Shown here in pieces: positions 35,504 through 45,897 of a stretch of DNA of 64,000 bases. Under the pieces are notes generated by a model, which was given only the letters and a program-made list of their open reading frames with translations, was not told the DNA's origin and did no database searches. The first letter of the stretch is position 1. Each line of letters starts with the position of its first letter. The stretch is from positions 124,001-188,000 of the IMG/VR virus record IMGVR_UViG_3300043411_000942; one strand, 5' to 3'. A program made the translations under genes and the position numbers.

Positions 35504-36437
35504 CGTCCTGCATCAAGAATATGGCGTACAGAGTCTACAACGTGTAATCACCGGCCAATCCAAGTCCCCTCTACTATGCGTAGGGGCTGAGGGGGTAGGG
35601 AAGAGGTTTGCAGTGATCGAGGCCTTCAAGGAGGCGCTTCAACTCTCGGGGGGCACTGACTCGGACATCTTTCAGGTGGAGCATGGGGTCCATCCGGACC
35701 TGTTGATCGTTGCACCTGAGAGTAAGGGTAAGAGTCTTGGGGTAGATGAGGTACGAAGAGTCGTCACCCAAGCTCTGATGTACCCTACAAGGGCCCCCTA
35801 TCGTTTTTTTGTGCTCGATGATGTCGACCAAATGACCGAAGCAGCCTCGAACGCGCTGCTGAAAACCTTGGAGGAGTTGACGGCCAAGTCTCGGTTCTTC
35901 CTGTTAACTAAGGACTACAATCGAATCCTCCCAACAGTTCGGTCAAGATGCCATCGTATCGACTTTCAACGACTACCTGAAGCCTTTGTCGTGGATTACC
36001 TAGTTAAGGCTGGCACCCTCAACGCAAGTGATGCTCTAGTGTATGCTCGTATGAGCGATGGGTCTATTGGGAAGGCGATTCGATACCATGCCTCCAACCA
36101 CCTTACCCATAGGGATAGGGCTATTGAGGTTTGCCAATGGGTGGGTAAGGACCTCGTCAAGGCCTTCTCAATTGTAGACGAAGAGGAAGACCTTTCGACC
36201 TTTCTAGAGCTACTTTGCATTGTCGTACACGATTGCCTAGTGTATAAGGTAGCCTCGAAACGAGTCGTCAATCAGGATCGGTTGGCATCCATCTCAGAGT
36301 TACATGGGCAAGTAGGTTTTGAGGTGTGGGTTGCCCTTTGGTTAGGTCTCAAGAAGCTGACTGCCCAGTTGGTTCAAACCCCATTGAACGTGTCGTTTCA
36401 GCTCAAGACAGTGCTAGCTTCATCTAGGCTTCAATGA
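35493..36437 (+). CDS. holB: DNA polymerase III delta-prime (clamp loader)
   Basis: GAEGVGK, HPD, MTEAASNALLKTLEE, ILPTVRSRC. Confidence 0.88.
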   Translation: MLSDVLHQEYGVQSLQRVITGQSKSPLLCVGAEGVGKRFAVIEAFKEALQLSGGTDSDIFQVEHGVHPDLLIVAPESKGKSLGVDEVRRVVTQALMYPTRAPYRFFVLDDVDQMTEAASNALLKTLEELTAKSRFFLLTKDYNRILPTVRSRCHRIDFQRLPEAFVVDYLVKAGTLNASDALVYARMSDGSIGKAIRYHASNHLTHRDRAIEVCQWVGKDLVKAFSIVDEEEDLSTFLELLCIVVHDCLVYKVASKRVVNQDRLASISELHGQVGFEVWVALWLGLKKLTAQLVQTPLNVSFQLKTVLASSRLQ

Positions 36438-36608
36438 AGGCCTACGGTTTTTGCCATAGCTTGTACCGTCAAATCGAAGATCGTAAGCGAGGTAAGACTC
36501 TTCGTAGGCCTAACGCTCCTGGCAATCTTGCTATCTATCGCACCCTTCGTAAGAGGGAGCGGCGTGCTTCAAACTTAGAGACAAAGACCCTCACCGAAGA
36601 CGCAAAGT

Positions 36609-37592
36609 GTGCCTAAGCCTCAACTCAAAACTCCAATCACCGTATCATTCGGAGCCGAGAGCTTCTTTGTAACTCAGGACCTACTCCAGTTCCGCAGTCA
36701 ACCAGGTAGGACGGCTATTCTCTTGGAGGGCTCGGACCTTACGGACCAGAGCTTAGTGAACCTATGCTCAAGCCCTCCTATGGACTTTCTGGACCCTGCT
36801 ACAACGAAGCCTTGTGTAGTTGTGGTAGACAATGCTCATAAGTTCAAGCCTGGGAAGGCGCTGAAGGCTTACTTGGAGGAGAAGGAAGACCTAAGCTGCA
36901 TCTTAGCTTTGGCAGTGTACGGTAAACTCCCAACGTTTTGGGCTAAGTTGCCAGAGAAAAAGGTAACTCTGATTGAGCATCCAAAACTCAAGACCTGGGG
37001 TGCCAATGAGGTTGTGAGCTGGATTGAGGTCACAGCGAGAGAGTTGGGGCTAACCCTAGACTCCACAGTCGCAAAGGCGATCTTTCACCTTACGAGTGGA
37101 GATCTATACCGCATAAATAGTGAACTACGCAAGTTGCTCCTACTCGTAGGGGGGTCCACTCCAGTAACCGTCGAACACCTGCAATTGGTCCTATCTCCAG
37201 GCACTACAACTACGCCTTGGGATGTTTCGGATGCAACCTTCAGTAAGAAGCCAAAATCGGCTCTCAACCTAGCGTCTTCGCTCTACCAACATGCCCCTGA
37301 GGATCCTTCTATGGTCATCCTAGGAGCACTCATGAGTCAGGCGGAAAGGCTTTTGATTGTAAGGTCTATGTTGGACTCGGGGGTTGAGTCAGAGGCCATA
37401 GCCTCACGACTGGGTATGCACCCCTATCGATTCAAGATGTCTCAGCTTCCGGCACAGGCAACCTTGTTTACACGGCATAGCTTGATAGCTGGGATGCAGT
37501 TGTTGTGCAATTTAGACGCCAACCTAAAAGGCGGTAGCGGTTGCCAACGGCAAACGAATGTGGAATTAGCGATTCTTACTCTCTCAAGTTGA
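36609..37592 (+). CDS. holA: DNA polymerase III delta (clamp loader)
   Basis: GDLYRINSELRKL, LGMHPYR, LDANLKG. Confidence 0.82.
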   Translation: MPKPQLKTPITVSFGAESFFVTQDLLQFRSQPGRTAILLEGSDLTDQSLVNLCSSPPMDFLDPATTKPCVVVVDNAHKFKPGKALKAYLEEKEDLSCILALAVYGKLPTFWAKLPEKKVTLIEHPKLKTWGANEVVSWIEVTARELGLTLDSTVAKAIFHLTSGDLYRINSELRKLLLLVGGSTPVTVEHLQLVLSPGTTTTPWDVSDATFSKKPKSALNLASSLYQHAPEDPSMVILGALMSQAERLLIVRSMLDSGVESEAIASRLGMHPYRFKMSQLPAQATLFTRHSLIAGMQLLCNLDANLKGGSGCQRQTNVELAILTLSS

Positions 37593-37603
37593 AATAGGAA
37601 GCC

Positions 37604-40486
37604 ATGCCAAGCACTGAATCTACTGCACCTCAGACAAAATCCGAACGGCTAATCACCCGACGCTTCACTCAAGATGGAGTTCCTTGGGATTGTGTTTGGG
37701 AGAAGAGAGAGGCAAAGATCACGGACCCAGACGGTACCGTGGTTTTCCAGTCTGATGCTGAGGTGCCATCCACCTTCTCTCAGCTAGCTACAGATATCGC
37801 AGCTAGTAAGTACTTCCGCAAGGCTGGTGTTGCTGGGGGCGGAGAGGTGTCGTTCAAGCAGGTCGTGTACCGTATAGCTAATACGATACGCAAAGCTGGA
37901 GAGAGTAGGGGTTACTTTTCTGACCTTGAGGAGGCAAACGCTTTCGAGGCAGAGTTGTCCTACATGCTAACGACTCAAATGGGTGCGTTCAACTCGCCAG
38001 TATGGTTCAACTGTGGCCTATGGCAGCGGTATGGGATTAAGGGTGGGGCAGGTTTGTGGGCTTACAACGAAAGCTACAACCCAAGCCTTAACGGTCAAAA
38101 CGAGCACCCAGAGATCATGGGGATGGAGAATGCTTACGAGCGTCCCCAATCCTCAGCGTGCTTTATCCAGAGTGTGGATGACGACCTACGGAGCATCTAC
38201 GACCTAGCCAAGAATGAGGCAATGCTCTTCAAGTACGGGTCTGGTACAGGCTCAAACATGAGCTACCTTCGTAGTAAGTACGAGAAGTTGTCCGGAGGCG
38301 GACTATCTAGCGGTTTGATTAGCTTCCTAGAGATGCTTGACCGGGTAGCGGGCTCCACCAAGTCTGGTGGTACGACTAGGCGAGCTGCCGTTATGCGCTG
38401 CCTAGACATGGACCACCCTGAGATCGTGGACTTCATCGAGTGGAAGTCTAGGGAGGAAAAGAAGGCTAAGGCTCTTATTGCTGCTGGTTGGCCTAGTGAC
38501 TTCAACGGGGAGGCCTATCGAACCGTATCAGGTCAAAACTCAAACAACTCTGTTCGGGTTACTGACGAGTTCATGCGTAACGTTCAATCGGACGGTGACT
38601 GGTCTACTGTGAGTCGTACTACTGGAGAGGTTTTACACACCTACAAGGCTAGAGACTTGTGGAGTAAGATTGCTGAGGCGGCTTGGCAGTGTGCAGACCC
38701 AGGATTGCAGTTCGACACCACCATCAACGAGTGGCATACTTGCTCAAATACAGCGAAGATTAGGGCAAGTAACCCCTGCTCTGAGTTCATGTTCCTTGAC
38801 GAGTCAGCTTGCAACCTGGCCAGCCTAAATCTGACCAAGTTCTTGCAGGATGATGGGACATTTGATGTCGAGGCTTACCGCCACGCTATCCGAGTGTTTC
38901 TACTGGCTCAAGAGATCCTGGTAGACTTCTCGTCTTACCCAACAGAGCGTCTTTGTAAGACGAGTCATGACTATAGGCCTCTAGGTCTGGGGTACGCTAA
39001 CCTAGGCACGTTATTGATGGTATCTGGTATCCCTTACGACTCAGATAAGGGTCGAGCTATCGCAGGGTCTTTGACGGCCATACTCACGGGTCATGCCTAC
39101 AAGGTAAGCGCTCAGATTGCTGCTAAGCGAGGCCCCTTCGCTGGCTACCTTAAGAACAAGGAGCCCATGCTCCAGGTTATTGGTAAGCATCGCTCAGCAG
39201 TGGCAGCCATCAACGATGGACTCACTGGAGTTCTTTTCTCTGAACGGGCGCCAAACTACTTGATCCAAGCAGCCCAGCAAGACTGGGATGATGCCCTACG
39301 GCTAGGGGAGCAGTTCGGTTATCGGAACTCTCAGACCACTGTTCTTGCCCCTACAGGGACAATCGGGCTGTTGATGGATTGCGATACCACGGGCATCGAA
39401 CCCGACTTCTCGCTGGTGAAGTACAAGAAGCTGGCGGGTGGGGGTACGATCAAGATCGTAAACCAGTCCGTCACTAAAGCCCTCAAGAACTTGAAGTTCA
39501 GTGAGGACGATATTCGGTCGGTACTCGCCTACGTAGAGCAGTACGATACGGTTGAAGGTTGCCCGCTTATTACTCCGAGCATGCTTCCAATCTTCGACTG
39601 TGCGAATAGGTGTGGAAAGAATGGTACAAGGTACCTAGCTCCGATGTCGCATGTGCTCATGATGGCTGCGGCTCAACCGTTCCTATCGGGAGCAATTAGC
39701 AAGACAGTCAACCTGCCCAACGAGTCTACGGTCGAGGAAATTAAGGACATTTACGAGCGTAGTTGGAGTCTAGGTCTGAAGGCCGTTGCGTTGTATCGCG
39801 ATGGTTGCAAGTCCAGTCAACCTCTGAACTCCCAGGCAGACAAGACTAAGGAAGTCGAGGTAGCTCCTAGCAAGCCTTCAGAGGTGGCCGTCAAGACTCC
39901 AGAGGTGAAAGCCAAGGAGCCTGCTCAGAGGCCTACAGGGTCAAGGGTGCGGCTACCTACACGCAGGTCTGGGATAACCCAGGAGGCCAGGGTTGGTGGT
40001 CACAAGGTGTTCCTACGCACTGGAGAGTACGAGGATGGTTCGATAGGTGAGATCTTCATCGACATGCACAAGGAAGGAGCCACCTTCCGTAGCATCATGA
40101 ATTGCCTAGCCATGTCTGTAAGTCTGGGGCTACAGCATGGGGTGCCTCTAGCGTCCTATGTGAGGCAGTTCACCTTCACTAAGTTTGAGCCGTCTGGCCC
40201 AGTCCTTGGACACGCTAAGGTGAAGCTGGCAACAAGTGTTGTTGACTATGTCTTTCGAAGCTTGGCTGTTGAGTACCTAGGTCGTGAGGACTTAGCTCAC
40301 GTCAAGTCCGAGGCTTATGCTGACGAAACCCCCAAGGGACCTTTGACCGAGTCAATCTCAGCTGACCAGCACCATGCGGAGATGATGGGGGACGCTCCTG
40401 CTTGTGACGGTTGTGGGCACATTACAGTCCGCAATGGTACCTGCTATAGGTGCTTGAATTGCGGGAATAGTATGGGATGCTCCTAA
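37604..40486 (+). CDS. nrdJ: class II (B12-dependent) ribonucleotide reductase
   Basis: FNSPVWFN, SACFI, SNPCSE, APTGT, YRDG, C-terminal CxxC..CLNCGNSMGCS. Confidence 0.95.
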   Translation: MPSTESTAPQTKSERLITRRFTQDGVPWDCVWEKREAKITDPDGTVVFQSDAEVPSTFSQLATDIAASKYFRKAGVAGGGEVSFKQVVYRIANTIRKAGESRGYFSDLEEANAFEAELSYMLTTQMGAFNSPVWFNCGLWQRYGIKGGAGLWAYNESYNPSLNGQNEHPEIMGMENAYERPQSSACFIQSVDDDLRSIYDLAKNEAMLFKYGSGTGSNMSYLRSKYEKLSGGGLSSGLISFLEMLDRVAGSTKSGGTTRRAAVMRCLDMDHPEIVDFIEWKSREEKKAKALIAAGWPSDFNGEAYRTVSGQNSNNSVRVTDEFMRNVQSDGDWSTVSRTTGEVLHTYKARDLWSKIAEAAWQCADPGLQFDTTINEWHTCSNTAKIRASNPCSEFMFLDESACNLASLNLTKFLQDDGTFDVEAYRHAIRVFLLAQEILVDFSSYPTERLCKTSHDYRPLGLGYANLGTLLMVSGIPYDSDKGRAIAGSLTAILTGHAYKVSAQIAAKRGPFAGYLKNKEPMLQVIGKHRSAVAAINDGLTGVLFSERAPNYLIQAAQQDWDDALRLGEQFGYRNSQTTVLAPTGTIGLLMDCDTTGIEPDFSLVKYKKLAGGGTIKIVNQSVTKALKNLKFSEDDIRSVLAYVEQYDTVEGCPLITPSMLPIFDCANRCGKNGTRYLAPMSHVLMMAAAQPFLSGAISKTVNLPNESTVEEIKDIYERSWSLGLKAVALYRDGCKSSQPLNSQADKTKEVEVAPSKPSEVAVKTPEVKAKEPAQRPTGSRVRLPTRRSGITQEARVGGHKVFLRTGEYEDGSIGEIFIDMHKEGATFRSIMNCLAMSVSLGLQHGVPLASYVRQFTFTKFEPSGPVLGHAKVKLATSVVDYVFRSLAVEYLGREDLAHVKSEAYADETPKGPLTESISADQHHAEMMGDAPACDGCGHITVRNGTCYRCLNCGNSMGCS

Positions 40487-40504
40487 CCTAGTCTCGTAGG
40501 TCGA

Positions 40505-40550
40505 AAAAGAGGAGAGGTGCCCTGAATTTTGAGGGGCACCTCTCCTCTTT
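40505..40550 (+). terminator. intrinsic terminator (possibly bidirectional)
   Basis: AAAGAGGAGAGGTGCCC...GGGCACCTCTCCTCTTT. Confidence 0.75.
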
Positions 40551-40564
40551 GGTGTATAGGAGGT

Positions 40565-40828
40565 ATGTCAGATTCCTACCTAACTAAGGACACTTTCATT
40601 GTAGAAGGCATCGTGGAGCTAGACCCTATGTCGGGGCGTTACGTTATCCGACAAGTAGAGGAGGAGTTCGAGTCTCAATCCAAGATGGTAGGTGTATTCG
40701 ATCCTCAAGCTGCCCTGGCCACCCTACATGGGCAGGAGGTACGAGTTATTGTCGTACCTTTGGCAACCGTTCAGGCTGTGGAGAAAACCCTTCAAGCCCT
40801 TGAGGCTTCTTCCAAAGAAGGGTCCTAG
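40565..40828 (+). CDS. hypothetical protein
   Basis: AGGAGG RBS, ATG 40565. Confidence 0.65.
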   Translation: MSDSYLTKDTFIVEGIVELDPMSGRYVIRQVEEEFESQSKMVGVFDPQAALATLHGQEVRVIVVPLATVQAVEKTLQALEASSKEGS

Positions 40829-40829
40829 T

Positions 40830-43001
40830 GTGGATACGATTACCGGTATAGTTAGCGCTGTAACCTACGTTAGCGGAGATTTTTTCATCTTCTCAGTGGA
40901 GCTTGACAGTGGGAAGGTGTGTACCTGTAAGGGTAATCTACTAGGGGTTAAGGGGTTATCTGCTGGAGTCCCATTAGAGCTTACCGGTAAGTGGGTAAAT
41001 CACCCGAAGTATGGGAGACAGTTGGAGCTACACAGCTGGGATGTTTACCCACTGTCTGAGTCTGGGGCAGACAAATTCCTAACTTGCTGCTTAGGTCTGG
41101 ACTACACCTTAGTTGGTGTGTTGTTATCCACGTTTGGTGTAGGCGTCATTCAAGTAATTCGGGAGACCCCAGAAAAGCTTAACAGTATTGACGGACTAGA
41201 GGAGGGTCAAGTCGAGAGTGTGGTAGAGGCTTGGGCCCTTGTACAAGCAGCAAAAGACCTAGCAGGGTTCTTCTCAGATCACACGGTGACTTCTAGTCAG
41301 GTTCGAGCTATCTTTTCTTTGTTCGGAGCCGACTCGAAGGCAGTTATCACGGAGAATCCATATCGCCTCCTGGAAGCGGACGGGTTTTCCTTCAATCAGG
41401 TAGACTCCATTGCCTCGAACTTGAAAGTCTCTCGTCAGGACTCTCGTAGGTTGGAGGGTGCTGTACTGTGGCTACTACGAGAGTCTGCCCTTTCGGGGCA
41501 CCTTTGCTTGAAGTTGGACTCATTAGCTACACACCTAAAAGAACTACTGAGGCAGTACCCCGAAGTTGACTCGTTTAGAGAGCTTGGTTTGGGGGCGGAT
41601 TTACTCGTAGCTGTCCAACGCTTAGAGTCTCGTGATGTCGTGAAGGTGGATGAGGTTGGGGTTTACCTAGGCGTCCATTACAAACACGAGAGGGACTCCG
41701 CTTCCCACCTAGCTAAGTTCCTGACTCCGCTCAAACTAGAAGTGGATGCTGAGGACTTCCTTAACAACTACGAGATGACGCACCAGATAAAGCTTTCAGA
41801 TGCTCAGCGAGTTGCAGTAGAGCAGCTGACAAAGCATCGAGTGTTGGTCCTTACAGGATTGCCTGGTACGGGTAAAACTACGGTGATTAAGGCCATCGTA
41901 AGTCTATTCGAGAGAGCTGCGATTCAGTTTACTCTGATGGCCCCTACCGGTATTGCGGCAAAACGACTGGCGTCTGTGACGGGGCATCCAGCGGCTACGA
42001 TTCACAGGACACTACGGTACGATGGGGACACCTGGGGTTACGACCACCTCAACAAGTACCCTATTGGAGCTGTAATTGTAGATGAGCTGTCCATGGTCAG
42101 CATGGAGTTGTTCTACCGAGTCCTTACGTCCCTAGATGAGAGTACCATCCTTGTGCTTGTTGGAGATGACGCTCAGCTCCCCTCGGTAGGTCCAGGTAAT
42201 GTGCTGCGAGAGCTGGCAAATTGCCCAGCGTTACCTACAGTGAGGTTGACTCAGATCTTTAGGCAAGCTGAGCAAAGCTCTATCGTCGTCAACTCCCACA
42301 GGGTAAATAGGGGGGAGTCGATCCTTGCTGGCGGTGTAGATTCTGACCTCAGGTTCGTACCCATTGCGGAGGAACCTCAAATTGCAGAGTTGATTGTCCA
42401 GATGGCTGTAAAGTTGAAGCATCGGGACGCCAACTTCCAGGTTCTTACCCCAAAGTATGATGGGGTGGTGGGGGTAAATTCCTTGAATGACCTCCTACGA
42501 GAGGCCTTAAACCCAGAGTCCTCTTACAAGAAAGAATGGTCAAGCGGCTCCCTGAGGTTTCGCGAGGGGGACCGTTTGATGATCATCAAAAACGACTACA
42601 AACTTGGGGTGTACAACGGGGACATGGGTAAGTTGATGGCGGTAAAGACCGACCACTTTATTGTCCGTATTCACGGGATTGGGGAGGGCGGCTTGGATGT
42701 GTACGTAGAGTTCCCCAAAAAGGATGTGCTGCAAAAGCTACGTTTGGCCTATGCAATTACGGTACATAAGAGTCAAGGGTCTGAATTTGACACGGTCATC
42801 CTACCCGTTGTTAGCAGTCAAGGTAGGATGTTGCAACGCAACCTGTTCTACACGGCCATAACGAGAGCCAAGCGTAAAGTTTGGCTCTTGGGTGGAAGTG
42901 ATGCCGTACGCAGAGCAATAGCCAATGACCAGGTAGTTCAACGAAATACTGGGTTGTCTTTGGCAGTCGAGAACTCCTTTAAGCAGTTGACAGGAAACTA
43001 A
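40830..43001 (+). CDS. recD2: RecD2-like helicase
   Basis: HPKYGRQ, ENPYRL, GLPGTGKT, VDELSM, GDDAQLPSVG, AITVHKSQGSE. Confidence 0.93.
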   Translation: MDTITGIVSAVTYVSGDFFIFSVELDSGKVCTCKGNLLGVKGLSAGVPLELTGKWVNHPKYGRQLELHSWDVYPLSESGADKFLTCCLGLDYTLVGVLLSTFGVGVIQVIRETPEKLNSIDGLEEGQVESVVEAWALVQAAKDLAGFFSDHTVTSSQVRAIFSLFGADSKAVITENPYRLLEADGFSFNQVDSIASNLKVSRQDSRRLEGAVLWLLRESALSGHLCLKLDSLATHLKELLRQYPEVDSFRELGLGADLLVAVQRLESRDVVKVDEVGVYLGVHYKHERDSASHLAKFLTPLKLEVDAEDFLNNYEMTHQIKLSDAQRVAVEQLTKHRVLVLTGLPGTGKTTVIKAIVSLFERAAIQFTLMAPTGIAAKRLASVTGHPAATIHRTLRYDGDTWGYDHLNKYPIGAVIVDELSMVSMELFYRVLTSLDESTILVLVGDDAQLPSVGPGNVLRELANCPALPTVRLTQIFRQAEQSSIVVNSHRVNRGESILAGGVDSDLRFVPIAEEPQIAELIVQMAVKLKHRDANFQVLTPKYDGVVGVNSLNDLLREALNPESSYKKEWSSGSLRFREGDRLMIIKNDYKLGVYNGDMGKLMAVKTDHFIVRIHGIGEGGLDVYVEFPKKDVLQKLRLAYAITVHKSQGSEFDTVILPVVSSQGRMLQRNLFYTAITRAKRKVWLLGGSDAVRRAIANDQVVQRNTGLSLAVENSFKQLTGN

Positions 43002-43004
43002 CCC

Positions 43005-44165
43005 ATGGACTCTGATCGTATTGAGCAGGTATACACTGAGCTATTTAGTATGGGTATTGAGCTAGACTCAGACCCTACAATCTCTGGCCCTCGGTACCTG
43101 AATGAGGTTGTGGCTAGGTGCCGCAACTACATGAATAGGGTAACGATGATGTTGCTGGAGTTGCAACGAGAGAATCGTGCGCTTTCTAAGGCGGTTGCTG
43201 GTCTGAAGCTGGAGTTCAAGATCGAGTTTGACCAGCTGATAGCAGAGAATGACTCCATTAAGCGGCTACCCAACATCAAAGATAGGGAGTCTACTGCGAA
43301 TGTGATGCTGGCTGCGAAAAGGAGGGAGATTGCAGATCTGGAGCTACAGATCTCAGACCTAGATACAATCGAGAAGACGGTTCGCCTTAGGCACCAAGAG
43401 TTAGTGCGAACCAGCGATAACATCAAAACTCAACGCTCCTTGTTGCAGACCGATCGTAATACCGGTGCAGGGTACGGAGATGAGAGTAGGGGCGACTCTA
43501 GGGATACTACCGCTAGCTCTATCGACGAGAGTGAGCTAGATAGGCTACTCCAGGAGTTGAGTCCTGGGGCTGCCCCTGCTCCTGCTCCTGTTGAACCAGA
43601 GGCACTCCCAGAGGCCTCTGTGAGGTTCTACGAGACCACCAGAAACGACCTTCTAGACTACGAGCGGACCAGTGCCAATGCTCTAGCCGACGAAGAGGGT
43701 AAGGTCATCGCGGCTACACTGAAGGAGGATCCAACTCCTGAGGTCTCTCCTACCCTTGAGAAGGTTGTCACTGAGGCCTCCTCGCGCCTGATTCAGAGGA
43801 GGTCATTGACCTCGACAAGCTCTTCTACCCCTGAGGCTTCTATCCCTGAGGTCTCTCCTATTCCTGAGGTCTCTCCTACCCCTGAGGTCTCTCCTATCCC
43901 TGAGGCTTCTACCCCTGAGGCTCCTACCCCTGAGGCCCCTACCCCTCCTGCCTCTGAGGCGACCGAAGACTTTGAACTCTCCAGGTTCCTAGATGATGTG
44001 GGGCGCGACACTCCTAACCTTATCGCAACCCCCAAGGACTCCCCCAAGGAGGCGACTACAAGCAGCAAGGCCAAGGCCTCTAAGCCTACTAGTAAGGAGG
44101 TAACGAAGCCAAATATCGACGACTTCTCAGACTTCGACTTTGCGGAAATCTTAAGTAAGATGTAG
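43005..44165 (+). CDS. coiled-coil protein with Pro/Glu/Thr-rich tail
   Basis: helical N-terminus; PEVSP repeats; acidic C-terminus. Confidence 0.75.
   Translation: MDSDRIEQVYTELFSMGIELDSDPTISGPRYLNEVVARCRNYMNRVTMMLLELQRENRALSKAVAGLKLEFKIEFDQLIAENDSIKRLPNIKDRESTANVMLAAKRREIADLELQISDLDTIEKTVRLRHQELVRTSDNIKTQRSLLQTDRNTGAGYGDESRGDSRDTTASSIDESELDRLLQELSPGAAPAPAPVEPEALPEASVRFYETTRNDLLDYERTSANALADEEGKVIAATLKEDPTPEVSPTLEKVVTEASSRLIQRRSLTSTSSSTPEASIPEVSPIPEVSPTPEVSPIPEASTPEAPTPEAPTPPASEATEDFELSRFLDDVGRDTPNLIATPKDSPKEATTSSKAKASKPTSKEVTKPNIDDFSDFDFAEILSKM
43830..43950 (+). repeat. 15-18 nt coding minisatellite (CCTGAGGTCTCTCCTA..)
   Basis: repeated PEVSP[IT]/PEA[SP]T units. Confidence 0.85.
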
Positions 44166-44319
44166 TGGACAAAATGGGACTCGTGTGGTAACCTTCGTGT
44201 AGAGAGTTAACTGGATAGGAAGCTCGTTCTTCTGCCTTAGTAAGCTCTCAACTAACCAGCCTGTTCCTGGCAATATCCTTTGGAATATCCAGGCGGCACG
44301 TTTAATCAGCAAAAGGAAA

Positions 44320-45189
44320 ATGATCATGGGCGATTACGATCTTGAGGATGATGACATTGGTCTTGGCGATGAGGACCGTCATCGTGTCAATAGTACCAAG
44401 ACTGACTGGTACAAGGGTGAAAAGGGTAGAACGGATCGTGTAGCGATCGTCTACTTCAACTCAGTGGAGATGACCTCTCTACGTCGGGCCCTTCGCGCAG
44501 ACCCCAAACTAGCGGATGCTCAAAAACGAGAAGTAGTTGAGCAGGCAAAGCTTTCGGTCGCCAAGAAGTTGAACAAGTCCGCTGACCTCTTGGATGAGGT
44601 GGACTTGTTGGACCTTACCGAGGCACGCTTTAAGCCGGTATCTGGGTACTACTCTAAGACCCCTGGGTTGGGTTACATTGCAGCGCCAAAGGGTACCCTA
44701 AGCGCAGAGGACGCGAAAGTGTTCGAGAAGTTGGGGGAGCGTAAGGATTACCTATGCACTCTCCTTGTGGTTTACCCCACTGACCGAGAGGGTGAGCTTA
44801 CGAGCAAGGAAGACTTGATCCGTAAGTTCAAGATCATGCCTTGGCGATTCCCAGCCGAGAAGTATGAGGTAATCCGCAAGATCAACAAGGGTCTCGTGGA
44901 GAGCAATAGTACGGTATCCTCAGTAGACCTCAGTATCTCTTGTACGGATACCGGGTTCCAGAAGATGACCATTACTCAGTGCGGTCCTGCACTGTACCAG
45001 AGAAACGATAACTTCCGTAGGCTGGTCCTAACGAAGGCGATTGCTTCCTACAAGAAGCTATCCCCCTTCCGTGAGATGAGCGTGGACGACCTACGAGAGA
45101 AGCTTGGGATGTCTTCCGGAGGAGGGGTTGTGTCCCCTGGTTCGGACCTCTCTACAGAAGACTTCACCAACATTCTGAACAACGTCTGA
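44320..45189 (+). CDS. putative single-stranded DNA-binding protein
   Basis: Position before RuvC/RecA, DWYKGEKG..R, acidic termini; inference. Confidence 0.5.
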   Translation: MIMGDYDLEDDDIGLGDEDRHRVNSTKTDWYKGEKGRTDRVAIVYFNSVEMTSLRRALRADPKLADAQKREVVEQAKLSVAKKLNKSADLLDEVDLLDLTEARFKPVSGYYSKTPGLGYIAAPKGTLSAEDAKVFEKLGERKDYLCTLLVVYPTDREGELTSKEDLIRKFKIMPWRFPAEKYEVIRKINKGLVESNSTVSSVDLSISCTDTGFQKMTITQCGPALYQRNDNFRRLVLTKAIASYKKLSPFREMSVDDLREKLGMSSGGGVVSPGSDLSTEDFTNILNNV

Positions 45190-45255
45190 CGTTACCCCCT
45201 AAGGGGAAGGGGCTTTAATGTAGCTCCTTCCCCTTTCGCCTTTGTTTGAGGGGTA

Positions 45256-45897
45256 ATGCTGTCTATTGGTTTAGACCCATCGATGTCTGGGTTTGGTTGG
45301 TGCGTCCACGACTCAAACGCCCTAGGTAAGTCTAGGGTTCTGGATAAGGGTAGGTTCGCAAGTCCATCCTCTGCGGCATTCATTAGTCGCTATATTGGAC
45401 TTAGGGCTTGCGTTTGTGACTTGCTGGATGGTTGGCCAGAGGTGACTCATGTTGGTGTAGAGTCTCCTCCGTTTGGGGAGCTGTGGTCAGAGGGTCTGTA
45501 CGGGCTGTTCTTGTACGTGAATGAGGCTATCTACACGCGTAAGCGGGATGTAGTCTACTTTGATCCTCTCACACTGAAGTACCTAACTAAGGAGGATCCT
45601 ACCCTACGACAAGGTAAGATGTTCAAGGCAGACATGATCGCCTTGGCAAAGGCCGACACTGGCATCGTAAAGTGGAGTGCCGATGAGGCGGATGCTTACC
45701 ACCTAGCTAGATTTGCAGCTAGGTTTTGGAGTTTGATGGACGGGACAATCACCCAAGACGTCCTGTTACCCACTGAGCAACGAGTGTTTCTACGTGAGCA
45801 AACCTTCACCAAAGGCAAGCATAAGGGGGAGACTCACCAGGACGGGACAATATTTCGTGAGAACGACAGATTCTTTAGATTCTCGGAGCGCAAATGA
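45256..45897 (+). CDS. RuvC-like Holliday junction resolvase
   Basis: IGLDPSMSGFG, VGVE, DEADAY. Confidence 0.8.
   Translation: MLSIGLDPSMSGFGWCVHDSNALGKSRVLDKGRFASPSSAAFISRYIGLRACVCDLLDGWPEVTHVGVESPPFGELWSEGLYGLFLYVNEAIYTRKRDVVYFDPLTLKYLTKEDPTLRQGKMFKADMIALAKADTGIVKWSADEADAYHLARFAARFWSLMDGTITQDVLLPTEQRVFLREQTFTKGKHKGETHQDGTIFRENDRFFRFSERK

Noticed and set aside
43830-43950. Repeat array as CRISPR or origin iterons
   Set aside because: In-frame coding minisatellite without unique spacers; the same applies to the Pro/Ala linker in dnaX (~56050-56180).
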